From a virus (lineage: Duplodnaviria; Caudoviricetes): a stretch of 64,000 nucleotides of DNA. The notes beneath the pieces are model-generated. The model searched no databases, was not told where the DNA came from, and saw only the letters and a program-made list of their open reading frames with translations. The position numbers and the translations under genes were made by a program. Position 1 is the first letter of the stretch; each line of letters opens with the position of its first letter. This document shows, in pieces, positions 8,220 to 18,266 of this stretch. The DNA lies in IMG/VR virus record IMGVR_UViG_3300027857_000006, positions 1,907 through 65,906 of that record. One strand, written 5' to 3'.

Positions 8220-9962
8220 TTATTTCTTGCCCCCGTAAGTGTTTACCAAGTCGTCAGCAACCGACTTTGTGGCTGGTGCAATCTGCTTACCAGCACCAGC
8301 TAGTCGTCCGTAACCCTCAACCCATGTTCTTGCAGCGGACAGCTTTGACTTCATCGTTTCCGGGTCGGCCGCCCGCAGGTTGTCGGCCCAGTCTTTGATC
8401 ATCTGGGGTGAAGCGGCGGCTCGTACACCACCGTGCATCATGGCGATGTTCGAGGTCAGTAGCTTTAGGTCGGTCGACAGCTTGCTGAAGATCTTGCCCT
8501 GGGTCGGGTCGTCCCCAACCTTACCAGTTAGTAGATCGTTCCAACGCGTAGCGAGGACGCCAAGATCACCTTGCTTGGCCGCCTGGTCTATGATGCCATT
8601 GATCTCGTCCATGTGGGCCAACGTGGCTGGTGCAAGTAGGGCTCTCTCGCGGATACTGTTGGTGGCATTGTTGGGTTCGACGCCAAGTTCGGCCATGCGT
8701 CGGTTGATCATCGCTTTGGAGGGGTTGTTAACCTGGTCGAAGGGTCCCTTGGCGCTCACCAGCTTCTCGTTGGCGCTGTCCTGGGCTATCATCTGAACCA
8801 GGTGGTCGGTCGCCGTGGACGGGTCGAAGGGTCTCTGTAGGGATGCCTGCACGAGCTTCTGGTGATCTGATAGGATCGGCTGTCCCTTGGGTGTGGGTGT
8901 CGGAAGTGGTGCTCCGACGCTGGCGGGTGCGCTGGTACCCGGCATAACCTTCTGCTTGACACTGACGGTGCCGCCGGCCTCGGTGGGAGTGCTGGTAGTG
9001 ACTGTGGGTGCCATTGCGGCGCTGGTCTGGGCGACAAAGTCTCGGATGGAGCGCGTTGTTTCCGGGTCATCCAGTGACTTGCCTTCAGACGCCAGTGTGC
9101 TGGCTATGGCCGTGAACGGGTTGGCGATGGACTTTAGTCCTAGCAGTGCCTTTTCGTAGCGCTCTTTGGCACCGGCGACGCCACGGTCCAAGTCAAGCTT
9201 GGCCTGACGCCAGGTGTTAATTAGGACGTCGTTCTTTTCCTTCTCGGCGGCGTTTTGTTTGAGGACCTCAGTCTTGGCTGTGTCGTTGGCGCGCTGCTGC
9301 TCCTGGTTGCGCTGTAGCTGGTTCTGGGTAATCGACTGGCTAAGCGACTGGTCCTCGCCGTTTAGGATTCCAAGCTGATCCATGACGATTTTCATGCGTT
9401 GCTGGGCCTGCTGGTTCAGGCGGTTGTAGCGCTGGACGCTGACCGGTTCGTACGGTTGCCCTTTAAGGGAGCCAAAGATTGGGTTACGCTGATTGATCTG
9501 CCACTGGTCGTAGATCCGGTCCTTCAGGAGCTGCTGCGGGGTCTGTTGGGCCTGGAGCTGTCGTTGCAGGTAGTCCGGGTCCTGCATATCGGTAAGGATC
9601 TTGTTGAGCTGCTCACGCTTGTCGCGGGCGTCCTTCTTCTGTTGCTGTAGGAGCTGGTTCTCTTGAACAAGCCGGTCCCACTCTGGGTTTCCGGTGCTCT
9701 GTGGCTGCGGTTGGGTCTGTGCTCCAGGAGCACCTTGTGGCAATGACTGCGTTGGTTGACCCGGTTGGGCCCCAGGGGGCTGCGTGTTGGCTACCGGGTT
9801 AGGGCCGCCAAGAGGTGCCCCTGGCGCAGCGGGTAGAGCGGCCGGAGGAGGTGGCGTAGCCGCCAGGTCGCCCTGGTCGTTCTGCATCGGCTGCATCAGC
9901 GTGGGGTTCTGTAAGAGAGCAGCTAGCGGGTTGTCTTGGGTCACTGGTTGTGCGAGTGGCAT
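8220..9962 (-). CDS. Putative internal virion/ejection protein (coiled coil)
   Basis: P/Q-rich N-terminus, coiled coils, podovirus gene-order context. Confidence 0.55.
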   Translation of the reverse strand: MPLAQPVTQDNPLAALLQNPTLMQPMQNDQGDLAATPPPPAALPAAPGAPLGGPNPVANTQPPGAQPGQPTQSLPQGAPGAQTQPQPQSTGNPEWDRLVQENQLLQQQKKDARDKREQLNKILTDMQDPDYLQRQLQAQQTPQQLLKDRIYDQWQINQRNPIFGSLKGQPYEPVSVQRYNRLNQQAQQRMKIVMDQLGILNGEDQSLSQSITQNQLQRNQEQQRANDTAKTEVLKQNAAEKEKNDVLINTWRQAKLDLDRGVAGAKERYEKALLGLKSIANPFTAIASTLASEGKSLDDPETTRSIRDFVAQTSAAMAPTVTTSTPTEAGGTVSVKQKVMPGTSAPASVGAPLPTPTPKGQPILSDHQKLVQASLQRPFDPSTATDHLVQMIAQDSANEKLVSAKGPFDQVNNPSKAMINRRMAELGVEPNNATNSIRERALLAPATLAHMDEINGIIDQAAKQGDLGVLATRWNDLLTGKVGDDPTQGKIFSKLSTDLKLLTSNIAMMHGGVRAAASPQMIKDWADNLRAADPETMKSKLSAARTWVEGYGRLAGAGKQIAPATKSVADDLVNTYGGKK

Positions 9963-9973
9963 AGCTGCGCTCT

Positions 9974-11779
9974 CTAGGAGTTTGCCCCATTCATGCCGCT
10001 AAGACGGCTACGTGCCGGCGTACTGGACGGGTTGGCTGGAGTGTTAGGGGCACCGGGTGCCTGAATACCTGGACCGGCTGGTCCACCGAGCGGGTTGGCC
10101 AGTCCGCCGCCGATACCGCCACCCAGGCCACCGCCACCGCCAAAGAGAGACGGGTCGGACGGTTGCGTGTTGATCGGGGGAAGTTGAATGGTCGGAGGAC
10201 GAAGGATATTGCTGGTAGCCTGTCCCAGCGGGTTCGTCGGTTGTCCCTGTGAGTTCAAGTAGGTGCTGATGGCGTTGGGGGCACGGAACAGGTCAGCGAT
10301 GGAGGAAACGGTGCTATTAATGCCACCCATTCCGGTTCCTGCTAGGCCGAGCCAGTTGCTGCCCTGTGCGCCTAGCTGTTGCAGGGCGTTCTGGTTGGCT
10401 CCGAGTCCCTGGCCGATGGCACCGGCGTACTGTCCCTGGTTTCCTAGGTAGAGGTTGGCCAGCATGTTCCCAAGGTTGGCTTGACCGGTCTGGCCCTGGA
10501 GAAGGTCCTGGAGCGTGGTTTGCATCAGACCCTGCTGAGTTCCTATGCCCTGGAAACCGGTGTTCAGGCCCTGCTGTAGGTTACTTTGCTGGAGTCCAAG
10601 AAGCTGGTTGTAGAGTCCAGCCCCCGTGTTCCCTAGGCCGGCAGCCTGTCCAGTAAGGCCACCACCTGTGCCAAGTAACGAGGTTCCGCTGTTGGTTAGG
10701 TTGGCCACCGATCCCAAGCCGCCAAGCTCCAGGGATCGCTGGATGTCGGCCGCACTGAGCCCCGTGTTAAGTCCCTGAGCTAGTTGCTGGAGGTTAAGGC
10801 CCTGTTGACCGCTGAGGGCACCTTGTAGGGCCTGCGAAGTCCCTTGTAGGGCCTGGTTACTGAAGTCGGCCAGCGCCTGGTTGGCGTTTCCGCCGGCCAC
10901 GACCGAGCCCGGTCCCTGTCCACGTTCTTCGGCCTGGGTGCGAGCGGTCTGGGCTGCGTTAGCAAAGTTCCGTCCCGACTGATCCTGAACGAAGGACGCA
11001 AGCTGATTCATCGACAACAGCGGGTTGCCGCCGTTGGCTCCCGAGAGGTCCAAGCCACGCTGGGCGAGTTGGTCGGTGAGCGGTGTTGCACCACCGCCCG
11101 ACACCACGCCCATAGCCTGCTGAAGCGCCTGCTGTAGCTGCGGGGTCATGCCACCGTTGGCCATGGCGGCACCACCCGCACCACCGAGGGCTTGCTGGAA
11201 CGGGTTGGTTCCAGACATCAGGGAGGAAGCGTAGCTTCCCAGCGGTACCTGGGTGTTGGTGATCCCACCGTTATTGATCATGTTCGACGCCCAGTTCAGG
11301 AGACCGCTGTTGGTCCCACTGAGGTCGCTGATGCCCTTCAGGGCATTGGCCGCGTTCGGGTCCTGGTAGATCTGGTTGGCCGGTAGACCAGCGTAGTCGC
11401 TGAGGTTGGCGTTCCCTCCCTGGACCAGGGACGGCAGTAGGTTGTTCAGGGTGGCTATGTTAGGCAGCAGCCCCTGTGACAGTTGCTGCATCCACGGGTT
11501 GGACCCGCTGAGGAGACCCTGCAACCCCTGGGTCTGCTGACCGTAGATGTCGCTACCGCTTCCGACTCCCTGGTTCAGGAGGCCGTGGCCGATGTTGCCG
11601 ACACCAAGGATATAGTTCTTGGCGGCATCCATCTGCTGTTGCTGGATAGCCGTGGCTGCGCCCGACAGCAGCGAAGGAGCTATCTGCGATAAGAACCCGG
11701 TGATGTCTTGAACCGTGCCCGGGTTTCCGTTTGTTCCCGGTATTCCCTGGCCCGGCAGTACTACTCCACCCCAACCCAT
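9974..11779 (-). CDS. Putative DNA ejection/pilot protein
   Basis: G/Q/N/L-rich composition typical of pilot proteins; preceded by the late motif. Confidence 0.6.
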   Translation of the reverse strand: MGWGGVVLPGQGIPGTNGNPGTVQDITGFLSQIAPSLLSGAATAIQQQQMDAAKNYILGVGNIGHGLLNQGVGSGSDIYGQQTQGLQGLLSGSNPWMQQLSQGLLPNIATLNNLLPSLVQGGNANLSDYAGLPANQIYQDPNAANALKGISDLSGTNSGLLNWASNMINNGGITNTQVPLGSYASSLMSGTNPFQQALGGAGGAAMANGGMTPQLQQALQQAMGVVSGGGATPLTDQLAQRGLDLSGANGGNPLLSMNQLASFVQDQSGRNFANAAQTARTQAEERGQGPGSVVAGGNANQALADFSNQALQGTSQALQGALSGQQGLNLQQLAQGLNTGLSAADIQRSLELGGLGSVANLTNSGTSLLGTGGGLTGQAAGLGNTGAGLYNQLLGLQQSNLQQGLNTGFQGIGTQQGLMQTTLQDLLQGQTGQANLGNMLANLYLGNQGQYAGAIGQGLGANQNALQQLGAQGSNWLGLAGTGMGGINSTVSSIADLFRAPNAISTYLNSQGQPTNPLGQATSNILRPPTIQLPPINTQPSDPSLFGGGGGLGGGIGGGLANPLGGPAGPGIQAPGAPNTPANPSSTPARSRLSGMNGANS

Positions 11780-11798
11780 AGTTTTTCCTGTAGCCTCT

Positions 11799-11813
11799 CG
11801 CTAGTAATTGTAG
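11799..11813 (-). promoter_or_regulatory. Putative late promoter CTACAATTACTAGCG
   Basis: Conserved 15-mer found 4 times, each about 20 nt upstream of a virion-gene ATG. Confidence 0.7.
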
Positions 11814-11852
11814 CCGTCGTTGTGTTATGCTATGGCCGAGGAGTTCTCAACC

Positions 11853-12008
11853 ATGTGGGTTTTTAACGTGTTTCTTTACCTTTGCTTCCTGTTCAACCAA
11901 CCGGTGTACGACGCTATGAAGGTAGCTGGAGCGACCTGCTACGCCTACGTTCCCGTGGCCGGAGAGCAACCGGTTGGACCACCGCCAGTCTGCTTCTATG
12001 AGCGCTAG
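11853..12008 (+). CDS. Small counter-oriented membrane/secreted peptide
   Basis: TGnTATGCT extended -10, GAGGAG RBS, hydrophobic N-terminus. Confidence 0.45.
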   Translation: MWVFNVFLYLCFLFNQPVYDAMKVAGATCYAYVPVAGEQPVGPPPVCFYER

Positions 12009-13201
12009 TTAAGGATCAGGCCGGCTTTTACGGACTTGCCTGCCGAGATTGCGGCGGCCAGGGTGCCGGTAAAGCCGGCCGATCCGTCGATCACGCTGCT
12101 GCTGGTTACGCCGTTGGTGCTGAAGCTAAAACCGCCACCAGCAGCGCTTGTAGTCAGAGTTGCTGTAGTTGATGTAACTTGAGCAGTTGCCTGCACCGCT
12201 CCTAGGTTAGATCCGACAGAAGCGCTACCAACATCGGCTTGTATGCTGGCAAAGGAACCGGTTCCGGACTCGGAAGCAAAGACATGGCCAGCCTGCATCA
12301 AACTTTGTTGGAAGGCACCGTCGGTAAGCTGAACCACGGGAGAGTACAGGTGACGGGTGTCGATGCTGGCCACGGTGAACTCCAGCCCCAGCGGTGGAGT
12401 CAGACTGTTGGCGCTGGTAAAGACAGAGGCTGAGCCGTTCCATAGCACCCAAAGGTCGCCAGGGTTACTCGACCCAGACGAAATAGCGTAGGACACCCCC
12501 TGGTAGCTAATCGTTCCCGAAGTCCAGTTGATTGTGTAGGGTCCAGAGCCGGTGATTGAGAAGGTAAAGCCGCTCAGCAGGATGTCGCTAGACGTGTTGG
12601 TAAGGATGATCGAACCAAAGTTTAGGTCGCTTGGGTTTATGGTTGGCGGCCCAACTACTATGCTGACAAACGGACAGTCCATGATGTTGTTGGTTCGACC
12701 GTTCTTGTACTGGGTCTGGACACCGATCTGAACGGTGCCCTGGATTCCCTGTGGAACGGCAAAGACCGCCGGACTTACGTGGCTAGCTGCGACCTGGGTT
12801 TCCTGGGTCTGACCGGTGATGCTACCGACTAGCCAGACATTGTAGCAGTCAACTAGTCCCTGCGGGTCAGCTAGGTCAACCCACGAGATTCTTACGTTGG
12901 TACGTCCGCTTGTAGTGCTGACTACCTGGGCTGTGACTCCGCTGACAAAGGGGATGGCCTGTCCACCGGCCGTCAGAGTCGTTTGTGAGCTAGTGGAAAG
13001 GTTAGTGGTTCCACCAAGCGGTGACCCGGTTCCGCTTGACTTACCGGAGCTATTCTGGGTACGTCGCAGGGTCTGCTGGTTTTCTCCGATGCTTGACTGT
13101 AGCTCCTCGATCTGCGACTGCAAAGAGGCGACGGTGGCCTGTAGAGAGCTAATCTGGGACATCAGTAGACTTGTCTGATCGGTGTTGGTTATGTCAGCCA
13201 T
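12005..13201 (-). CDS. Tail/needle-like structural protein
   Basis: N-terminal coiled coil, FN3-like middle region, S/T/G-rich C-terminus. Confidence 0.55.
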   Translation of the reverse strand: MADITNTDQTSLLMSQISSLQATVASLQSQIEELQSSIGENQQTLRRTQNSSGKSSGTGSPLGGTTNLSTSSQTTLTAGGQAIPFVSGVTAQVVSTTSGRTNVRISWVDLADPQGLVDCYNVWLVGSITGQTQETQVAASHVSPAVFAVPQGIQGTVQIGVQTQYKNGRTNNIMDCPFVSIVVGPPTINPSDLNFGSIILTNTSSDILLSGFTFSITGSGPYTINWTSGTISYQGVSYAISSGSSNPGDLWVLWNGSASVFTSANSLTPPLGLEFTVASIDTRHLYSPVVQLTDGAFQQSLMQAGHVFASESGTGSFASIQADVGSASVGSNLGAVQATAQVTSTTATLTTSAAGGGFSFSTNGVTSSSVIDGSAGFTGTLAAAISAGKSVKAGLILN

Positions 13202-13209
13202 AGTGTATT

Positions 13210-15561
13210 CTAGGCACCTGAATCAGGATTCCAGATCAAGGCCACGTTTTGGACCTCAAAGCCAAGGTTGGCCGCCAGGTCAGAGCTATTCTGGGTTACC
13301 ACTACTCCTACGCGCTCACAGACCGCATCGACCATGTACTCGATAGTGTCATAACCGATACTAGCCACACGACGTGGCGGCTGAACCCCGGTAGAGCCGC
13401 TTCCTCCCGGAGGCTGGTTAGAGAAGGTTAGGTCATCAAGTGACCAGGTAACTGTCGGATCGTGGTCTCCATTGAAAGAGGTTCTGTCCATCTTGACGGC
13501 CTGGAGAACGCTTACCATACCAGGAAGACGTAGCTGATTCACGTGGTTTCCGGTTGGATTGCGTATTAATCCCAGGGTGAAGCTGGCTGAACCGTATGGT
13601 GTGGCTCCTGATCCTGGGACGAAGTCACTTACGATTGCTCCCGTTATATCCGTCGACACGTACTGGTTTGACGTACTTCCTCCGCTGGCGGCCCAGACTA
13701 GGTGACGCGACAAGTCGCTCGTGTCGAACGGCTGACCGCTAGCTACGGCCGTAACCGGCTGCGTCCAAGGGATGTTCCATAGACCATCCTGGCCAGCATT
13801 GAAGTCGTACACTAACTGTCGGCAGTTAGCCAGGGTCGAAGTCACGGAAAGCAGTATAAGCCAGTCCTTCTCCAGCTCGGCATGACGGCAAAGGTGTAAG
13901 GTTCCACCACTAGATAACACTGCGTTACGAACATCCTTGGCTATCTTGTCCGACAGGAAGTCGCGCTTGTAGCCACGAGCCATGGCGATCCGTAGGTCCT
14001 GGGTGAGCCAGAGAACCGACTTGTCGGCAGCGCAGATAGCCCTTGGATGTCCTCTCTTTGCCCCCAGGTCGCTGAAGAGCTTGATAAGCTGAAAGGTGTC
14101 CTTGGTGTTGCCTCGAAGCCAGTAAATCTCCTCGGTACAGAAGACGTATAGGGCCTCGCTGGTGCTATAGACGTTGACTATCGGGTAGTTTAACCGGTAG
14201 AAGTTTCCGAACAGGCCGCTTGGCCAACACTCCTCGGGTACGCCTTGACCTATCTCCTCCTGTCCGCTGTAGAATAGTATGTTACCGATGCCGTACCAAA
14301 GTCGTCCGCTGTAGGCTGCTATGGGCGTGCTTCTAACTGGCGTGTCAAATCCTACAATGGGGGTGATCTTGACACTTGCGGCGTTCCCGTGAAGCAGCGC
14401 CTGGCTTCCGTTTACTCCACGGACTACCGTTGCCGCTCCAGTGCTAGTGTTCAAGGCAGTCACCGTGATGAACTCGTTGTCTACCTGGGCCGTAAATGGA
14501 ACCGTAGTCGGTGCCGTGCTGGCCAGCGGTGCTCCGTTGAAGGTGGTGTTAAAAGAAAAGCTTGTGACCGAGCTGTTGATGCTTCCGGCCAGAGTGGTGA
14601 AGGTTATCGAGCTGAAGGCGACGGTAGGCGGTGGACTATTCTGTGTAAGCGATGGTGCTACCTGCGTAGTGTCCAGAGCCGTGTCCGGGTAGGGCTGTGA
14701 CGGCGTCGCGTTCCCGTCGGGGTAGTTCCTATCGGCGTACTCGATGTTTCCCGACCCAGTGTTGGTTATCTCGTCGATCTTATAGAAGGAACCACCTCCG
14801 TCAGTCGACCGGTAGATAACGATCAGAGGGATGTTGGTTGTGTCGCTGTTTCCCTGGACGTATACGTGAGGGCAAGCGTGGACTGTACCGCTAAAGGCAC
14901 CGGTGTTGGATGAGGCCTTAGACGGATTCTGCTCAAGAGGTGAACGGCTTGACTCCTGTCCGGTAACCGTCTTCCAGGTGTAGACGTAGTACCAGCCAAA
15001 GTTTACGGTCACCGAGAAGCTGGCCGTGTCCCAGGTGCTGTTGGCTCGTACGTGAGACGCCACCGTGGGCGGCAGAAGACCCCACCAGGTCACCGTGTTG
15101 GTCGACCCGTTGAAGATCACGCTTCCCAATAGATCACCTCCGGCCGCCGGGAAGGACTTGATGTAGCACAAGCCACGTGACGTTGCGAACTCGTGCGGTG
15201 CCGTGCTAGCATTTAGGCCCCGTAGGGACCCCAGGCTGGCGGGGGTTCCGCTTCCGTCGAGCCGTAGCGCCCACGCTTCGTAGTGTCCGCTGTTGGCTAC
15301 CGAGGCTACAAGCCAGATCTTGGGAACCGTCTCGATAGTCTCGTAGATGATGAAGTGGTCGACCTTGCCTGGTAGCGCGTTAGCCGCGAAGGACCCTAGC
15401 TGAGTTGTCCCAGGACGCTTCGACAGCTTCCCGAAATTGGTGACATACATGTTCGAGCCGGCCACCAGGCGCACGTCGGGTGAAAGCTCGGGCGACATGG
15501 TGTCGTACGGCAGGTCGAGTTTGCGAAGCTCGGAACAGTCAAACTGCTGGTTAACCGGCAT
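13210..15561 (-). CDS. Tail nozzle / tubular protein B (stabilisation protein)
   Basis: 783 aa; N...G.L.KRPG start, Y.Y.YT...G.ES, beta-propeller-like C-terminal half. Confidence 0.7.
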   Translation of the reverse strand: MPVNQQFDCSELRKLDLPYDTMSPELSPDVRLVAGSNMYVTNFGKLSKRPGTTQLGSFAANALPGKVDHFIIYETIETVPKIWLVASVANSGHYEAWALRLDGSGTPASLGSLRGLNASTAPHEFATSRGLCYIKSFPAAGGDLLGSVIFNGSTNTVTWWGLLPPTVASHVRANSTWDTASFSVTVNFGWYYVYTWKTVTGQESSRSPLEQNPSKASSNTGAFSGTVHACPHVYVQGNSDTTNIPLIVIYRSTDGGGSFYKIDEITNTGSGNIEYADRNYPDGNATPSQPYPDTALDTTQVAPSLTQNSPPPTVAFSSITFTTLAGSINSSVTSFSFNTTFNGAPLASTAPTTVPFTAQVDNEFITVTALNTSTGAATVVRGVNGSQALLHGNAASVKITPIVGFDTPVRSTPIAAYSGRLWYGIGNILFYSGQEEIGQGVPEECWPSGLFGNFYRLNYPIVNVYSTSEALYVFCTEEIYWLRGNTKDTFQLIKLFSDLGAKRGHPRAICAADKSVLWLTQDLRIAMARGYKRDFLSDKIAKDVRNAVLSSGGTLHLCRHAELEKDWLILLSVTSTLANCRQLVYDFNAGQDGLWNIPWTQPVTAVASGQPFDTSDLSRHLVWAASGGSTSNQYVSTDITGAIVSDFVPGSGATPYGSASFTLGLIRNPTGNHVNQLRLPGMVSVLQAVKMDRTSFNGDHDPTVTWSLDDLTFSNQPPGGSGSTGVQPPRRVASIGYDTIEYMVDAVCERVGVVVTQNSSDLAANLGFEVQNVALIWNPDSGA

Positions 15562-15567
15562 CGTTAT

Positions 15568-17211
15568 CTAGGGTGTGCTGGGATAGTTCCTTTGACGCTG
15601 GTAGAGGTCGTTCTGTCCGCCGAATAGCATTGCCAGCAGTGGGTCTAGCTGGTTGGTTGGCTGTGTAGGGTTGCTCAGACCGGCGGTCGGCGCTCCAGAA
15701 CCGGACAGGTTTGACCAACTCTGCAGGAAGCTTAGAAGGTCGCTGGCCGAGAGCCCCTGCGGCGTGCTCTGCGGATTACCACCACTGCCAAGCGGTAGAC
15801 TGTTCGGGTTCTGCTGTTGGCCACCCGATTGAAGTTGCTGAACCTGGGTGGGCGTCAACTGTGTGTTCTGGTTGACCGGAACGGTCTGCTGGCCTCCGGT
15901 GGCCTGGGCGAGTTGCTGTGCCTGCTGGGTCTGGGTTGGCTGAGGCGCTCCAAAGGCACCGCTGATTAACTGCTTCAGCATGTCCGGTGACCCGCCAAAG
16001 GCCTGGATCATGTTGGCGATGGTTCCTGCGTTGGCCACCTGGCCGCTGGGTCCCGTGATCCAGTTGGCGTTCGGGAAACTGAACGGCGAGCCGGGGGAGC
16101 CCTGGATCAGCGGTGACTGGGTTACCCCGTAGGTTCCTCCACCTAGGAAGGTCGATAGCCACTTGTCCAAGCCGGCAGCCGTGTCGTTACTAGCAAAGAG
16201 ATTCGGGTTGTAGCTCGTGTTGTAGGTTGACTGCTGCTGCGGTGAGCCGTTCGGTGCCGGCCCACTGCCCTGGGTGGCCTGTCCCGATAGGAAGGACAAG
16301 GGACCCGTGTACGGGTTCGGGTTGCTAGCCGGCAGGTTGCTCCAGGTTCCTACGCCCTGCTTTGCCAGGTCGCTGGCGTTAGCCGCTAGAGGGTTACCGG
16401 CCGCTCCGGGGTTGTTAAGCCAGTAGTCGTAGTTAGCTTGTGCGTTTCCCGCGTAGGGACCGTTATTAAGGAAGGTTGCCTGGTCGAAGCCGGCCGTGAT
16501 AGATCCTGGGTTCGACGGCGGCGGTGGTGGCGTAGGTCCCTGACCCTGACCGGGGTTCCCGGGTCCACTGGCGCTGGGACCCGGTGTTCCGCTGCGGTAG
16601 GGGCCGCCAAGGATCGAGCGAACCTTATTCTGATCGCCAAGTAGGGTACCCGGGTTGGAGCTTGGGATGCCACCGCCAGGAAGTGTCGGTGCTGCCGGAG
16701 GGGGAGGAGGTGGCGTATTGTTTACCCCCGGGATTCCGTTGACCTGGTTGAAAAGGTTGTTGAAGGCGTACGGGTTGAATCCGTTCGGTGTGGGGTTCGG
16801 GTTCGGCGTTGGAGCCGGTGGCGTCCCAGCGGTCCGTCCTGGACGCTGCGGGTACTGGGTAGGTCCACCGCCACTGAGAATCTGCTGCGTCGGCTGACCG
16901 GGTCCGCGACCACCCGGGTTGGCGTCGGGACCTGGACCAGACCAGCCGGGAGGGGGCGTGTAGTCCTGCGTAGCTCCTGGAAGTCCGCTCGGGATGGAGC
17001 CGTTGTTCTGGCCACCACCGGGTGTCGGGTTCCCTGCGCCAGGAGTACCGTTAGGTATCGACCCTGGGCCGGGAGGGTTAGCTCCACTACCCGGCGTGCC
17101 ACCGGGCTTGTTTCCGCCGAAGAAGCCAAGGGCCGTTCCGCCGGCCCAGTCGGTGCCGCTTTGGCCAACGTTGGGCTGTAGTCCGGCAAAGGCGTTAGGT
17201 TGCGATGCCAT
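15568..17211 (-). CDS. Low-complexity P/G/N/Q-rich virion-associated protein
   Basis: Long ORF with AAAGGA RBS; contains a domain similar to 19772-20140. Confidence 0.6.
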   Translation of the reverse strand: MASQPNAFAGLQPNVGQSGTDWAGGTALGFFGGNKPGGTPGSGANPPGPGSIPNGTPGAGNPTPGGGQNNGSIPSGLPGATQDYTPPPGWSGPGPDANPGGRGPGQPTQQILSGGGPTQYPQRPGRTAGTPPAPTPNPNPTPNGFNPYAFNNLFNQVNGIPGVNNTPPPPPPAAPTLPGGGIPSSNPGTLLGDQNKVRSILGGPYRSGTPGPSASGPGNPGQGQGPTPPPPPSNPGSITAGFDQATFLNNGPYAGNAQANYDYWLNNPGAAGNPLAANASDLAKQGVGTWSNLPASNPNPYTGPLSFLSGQATQGSGPAPNGSPQQQSTYNTSYNPNLFASNDTAAGLDKWLSTFLGGGTYGVTQSPLIQGSPGSPFSFPNANWITGPSGQVANAGTIANMIQAFGGSPDMLKQLISGAFGAPQPTQTQQAQQLAQATGGQQTVPVNQNTQLTPTQVQQLQSGGQQQNPNSLPLGSGGNPQSTPQGLSASDLLSFLQSWSNLSGSGAPTAGLSNPTQPTNQLDPLLAMLFGGQNDLYQRQRNYPSTP

Positions 17212-17231
17212 GCGTAACTATCCTTTCGGCC

Positions 17232-17546
17232 CTACAGGCCTCCGGTGCCAGGTCCAGCGCTAGCCGGTCCGGCCGGTCCCAGGGACGCGGCACCCTTCAC
17301 GGGAGACGTCTTCTTGTAGCCGCTGGAGCGGGTTCTCTTGGGGCGAGACAGGGCGTCAGTTAACCCGGGAGAGGCTTTACTACCCCCCAGGCTAAGAGGT
17401 GACGCTACGGCTCTTGGTGTGGCGGCTGCCGCCACCCGTGGACCGAAGCGCGGGACCGGGGACCCGCCACCAACGGCTGGTCGAAGGGTTCCGGCCAGGG
17501 CGCTCTTGAGGGCCGCTCCGGCATTCATGGCTGCAAGTGGATTCAT
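17232..17546 (-). CDS. Small basic hypothetical protein
   Basis: Fills the operon gap; ACTATG start context shared with neighbours. Confidence 0.5.
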   Translation of the reverse strand: MNPLAAMNAGAALKSALAGTLRPAVGGGSPVPRFGPRVAAAATPRAVASPLSLGGSKASPGLTDALSRPKRTRSSGYKKTSPVKGAASLGPAGPASAGPGTGGL

Positions 17547-17573
17547 AGTTTTTCTCGTCGTGCGGCGTAGCCG

Positions 17574-18266
17574 CTAGTACCAGCCAAAGCCCCCAAGTCC
17601 GTCGCTTACCAGGGGCTCGCGCGGGTGGATCGGCTGTTCCCCTAGATTTAGCGCTTCATGGGAAGCCATGACATCGACCATACCGATGAAGTTGGCCAGC
17701 TCCTCGGGGCGCTGCTGGGAGGCCGGCTTAGCCCAGTACTTCAGTCCTTCGATAAAGACGTTGGCGTACTGGTCGTCGAAGGCTGGACCGGTGCTCGCTA
17801 GGTTGGCTGCGGTCACCTTGGTCGGGTTTGTCTTATAGTTGCACTCTATCTGGTAGTCCATCGGACCGATGCCGGACGGCGGCCGTGGGAAGACCCGTAG
17901 TCCACCCGTGGTCTGCTCGTAGCTGATGGCAGTAGGCCTGGATTGGGCGTAGGTCAGCAACAGGTACCTGTCGACGTCCAACGGAGGGTAGGTCGACGGT
18001 GGCTCGGTGGCGTTCATGGTCAAGGTTCCGGATCGCAACCCCAGGAAGTCAGTGGGCATAGCGATATACGGAGAGACGTAGTCCTGCTGTAGCGGGATCA
18101 GGTAGAACGGAGGAAGCTTCTTTAGGCTGACGCGCCAGTCGGCCCGGCCCCAAACCGCCGAGTTTACGAGGTCACAGAGCATGGCTCCGTTGGCGTCGGC
18201 GATCAGCCGTGGAGACGATTGGGCTACGAAGTTTAGCAGATCCTGCCAGCGATACGAACTAGCCAT
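17574..18266 (-). CDS. Head-tail adaptor/gatekeeper-like protein (paralog 1)
   Basis: QDY...PTDFL, P.P, Y...P motifs of tail tubular A/adaptor proteins. Confidence 0.6.
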   Translation of the reverse strand: MASSYRWQDLLNFVAQSSPRLIADANGAMLCDLVNSAVWGRADWRVSLKKLPPFYLIPLQQDYVSPYIAMPTDFLGLRSGTLTMNATEPPSTYPPLDVDRYLLLTYAQSRPTAISYEQTTGGLRVFPRPPSGIGPMDYQIECNYKTNPTKVTAANLASTGPAFDDQYANVFIEGLKYWAKPASQQRPEELANFIGMVDVMASHEALNLGEQPIHPREPLVSDGLGGFGWY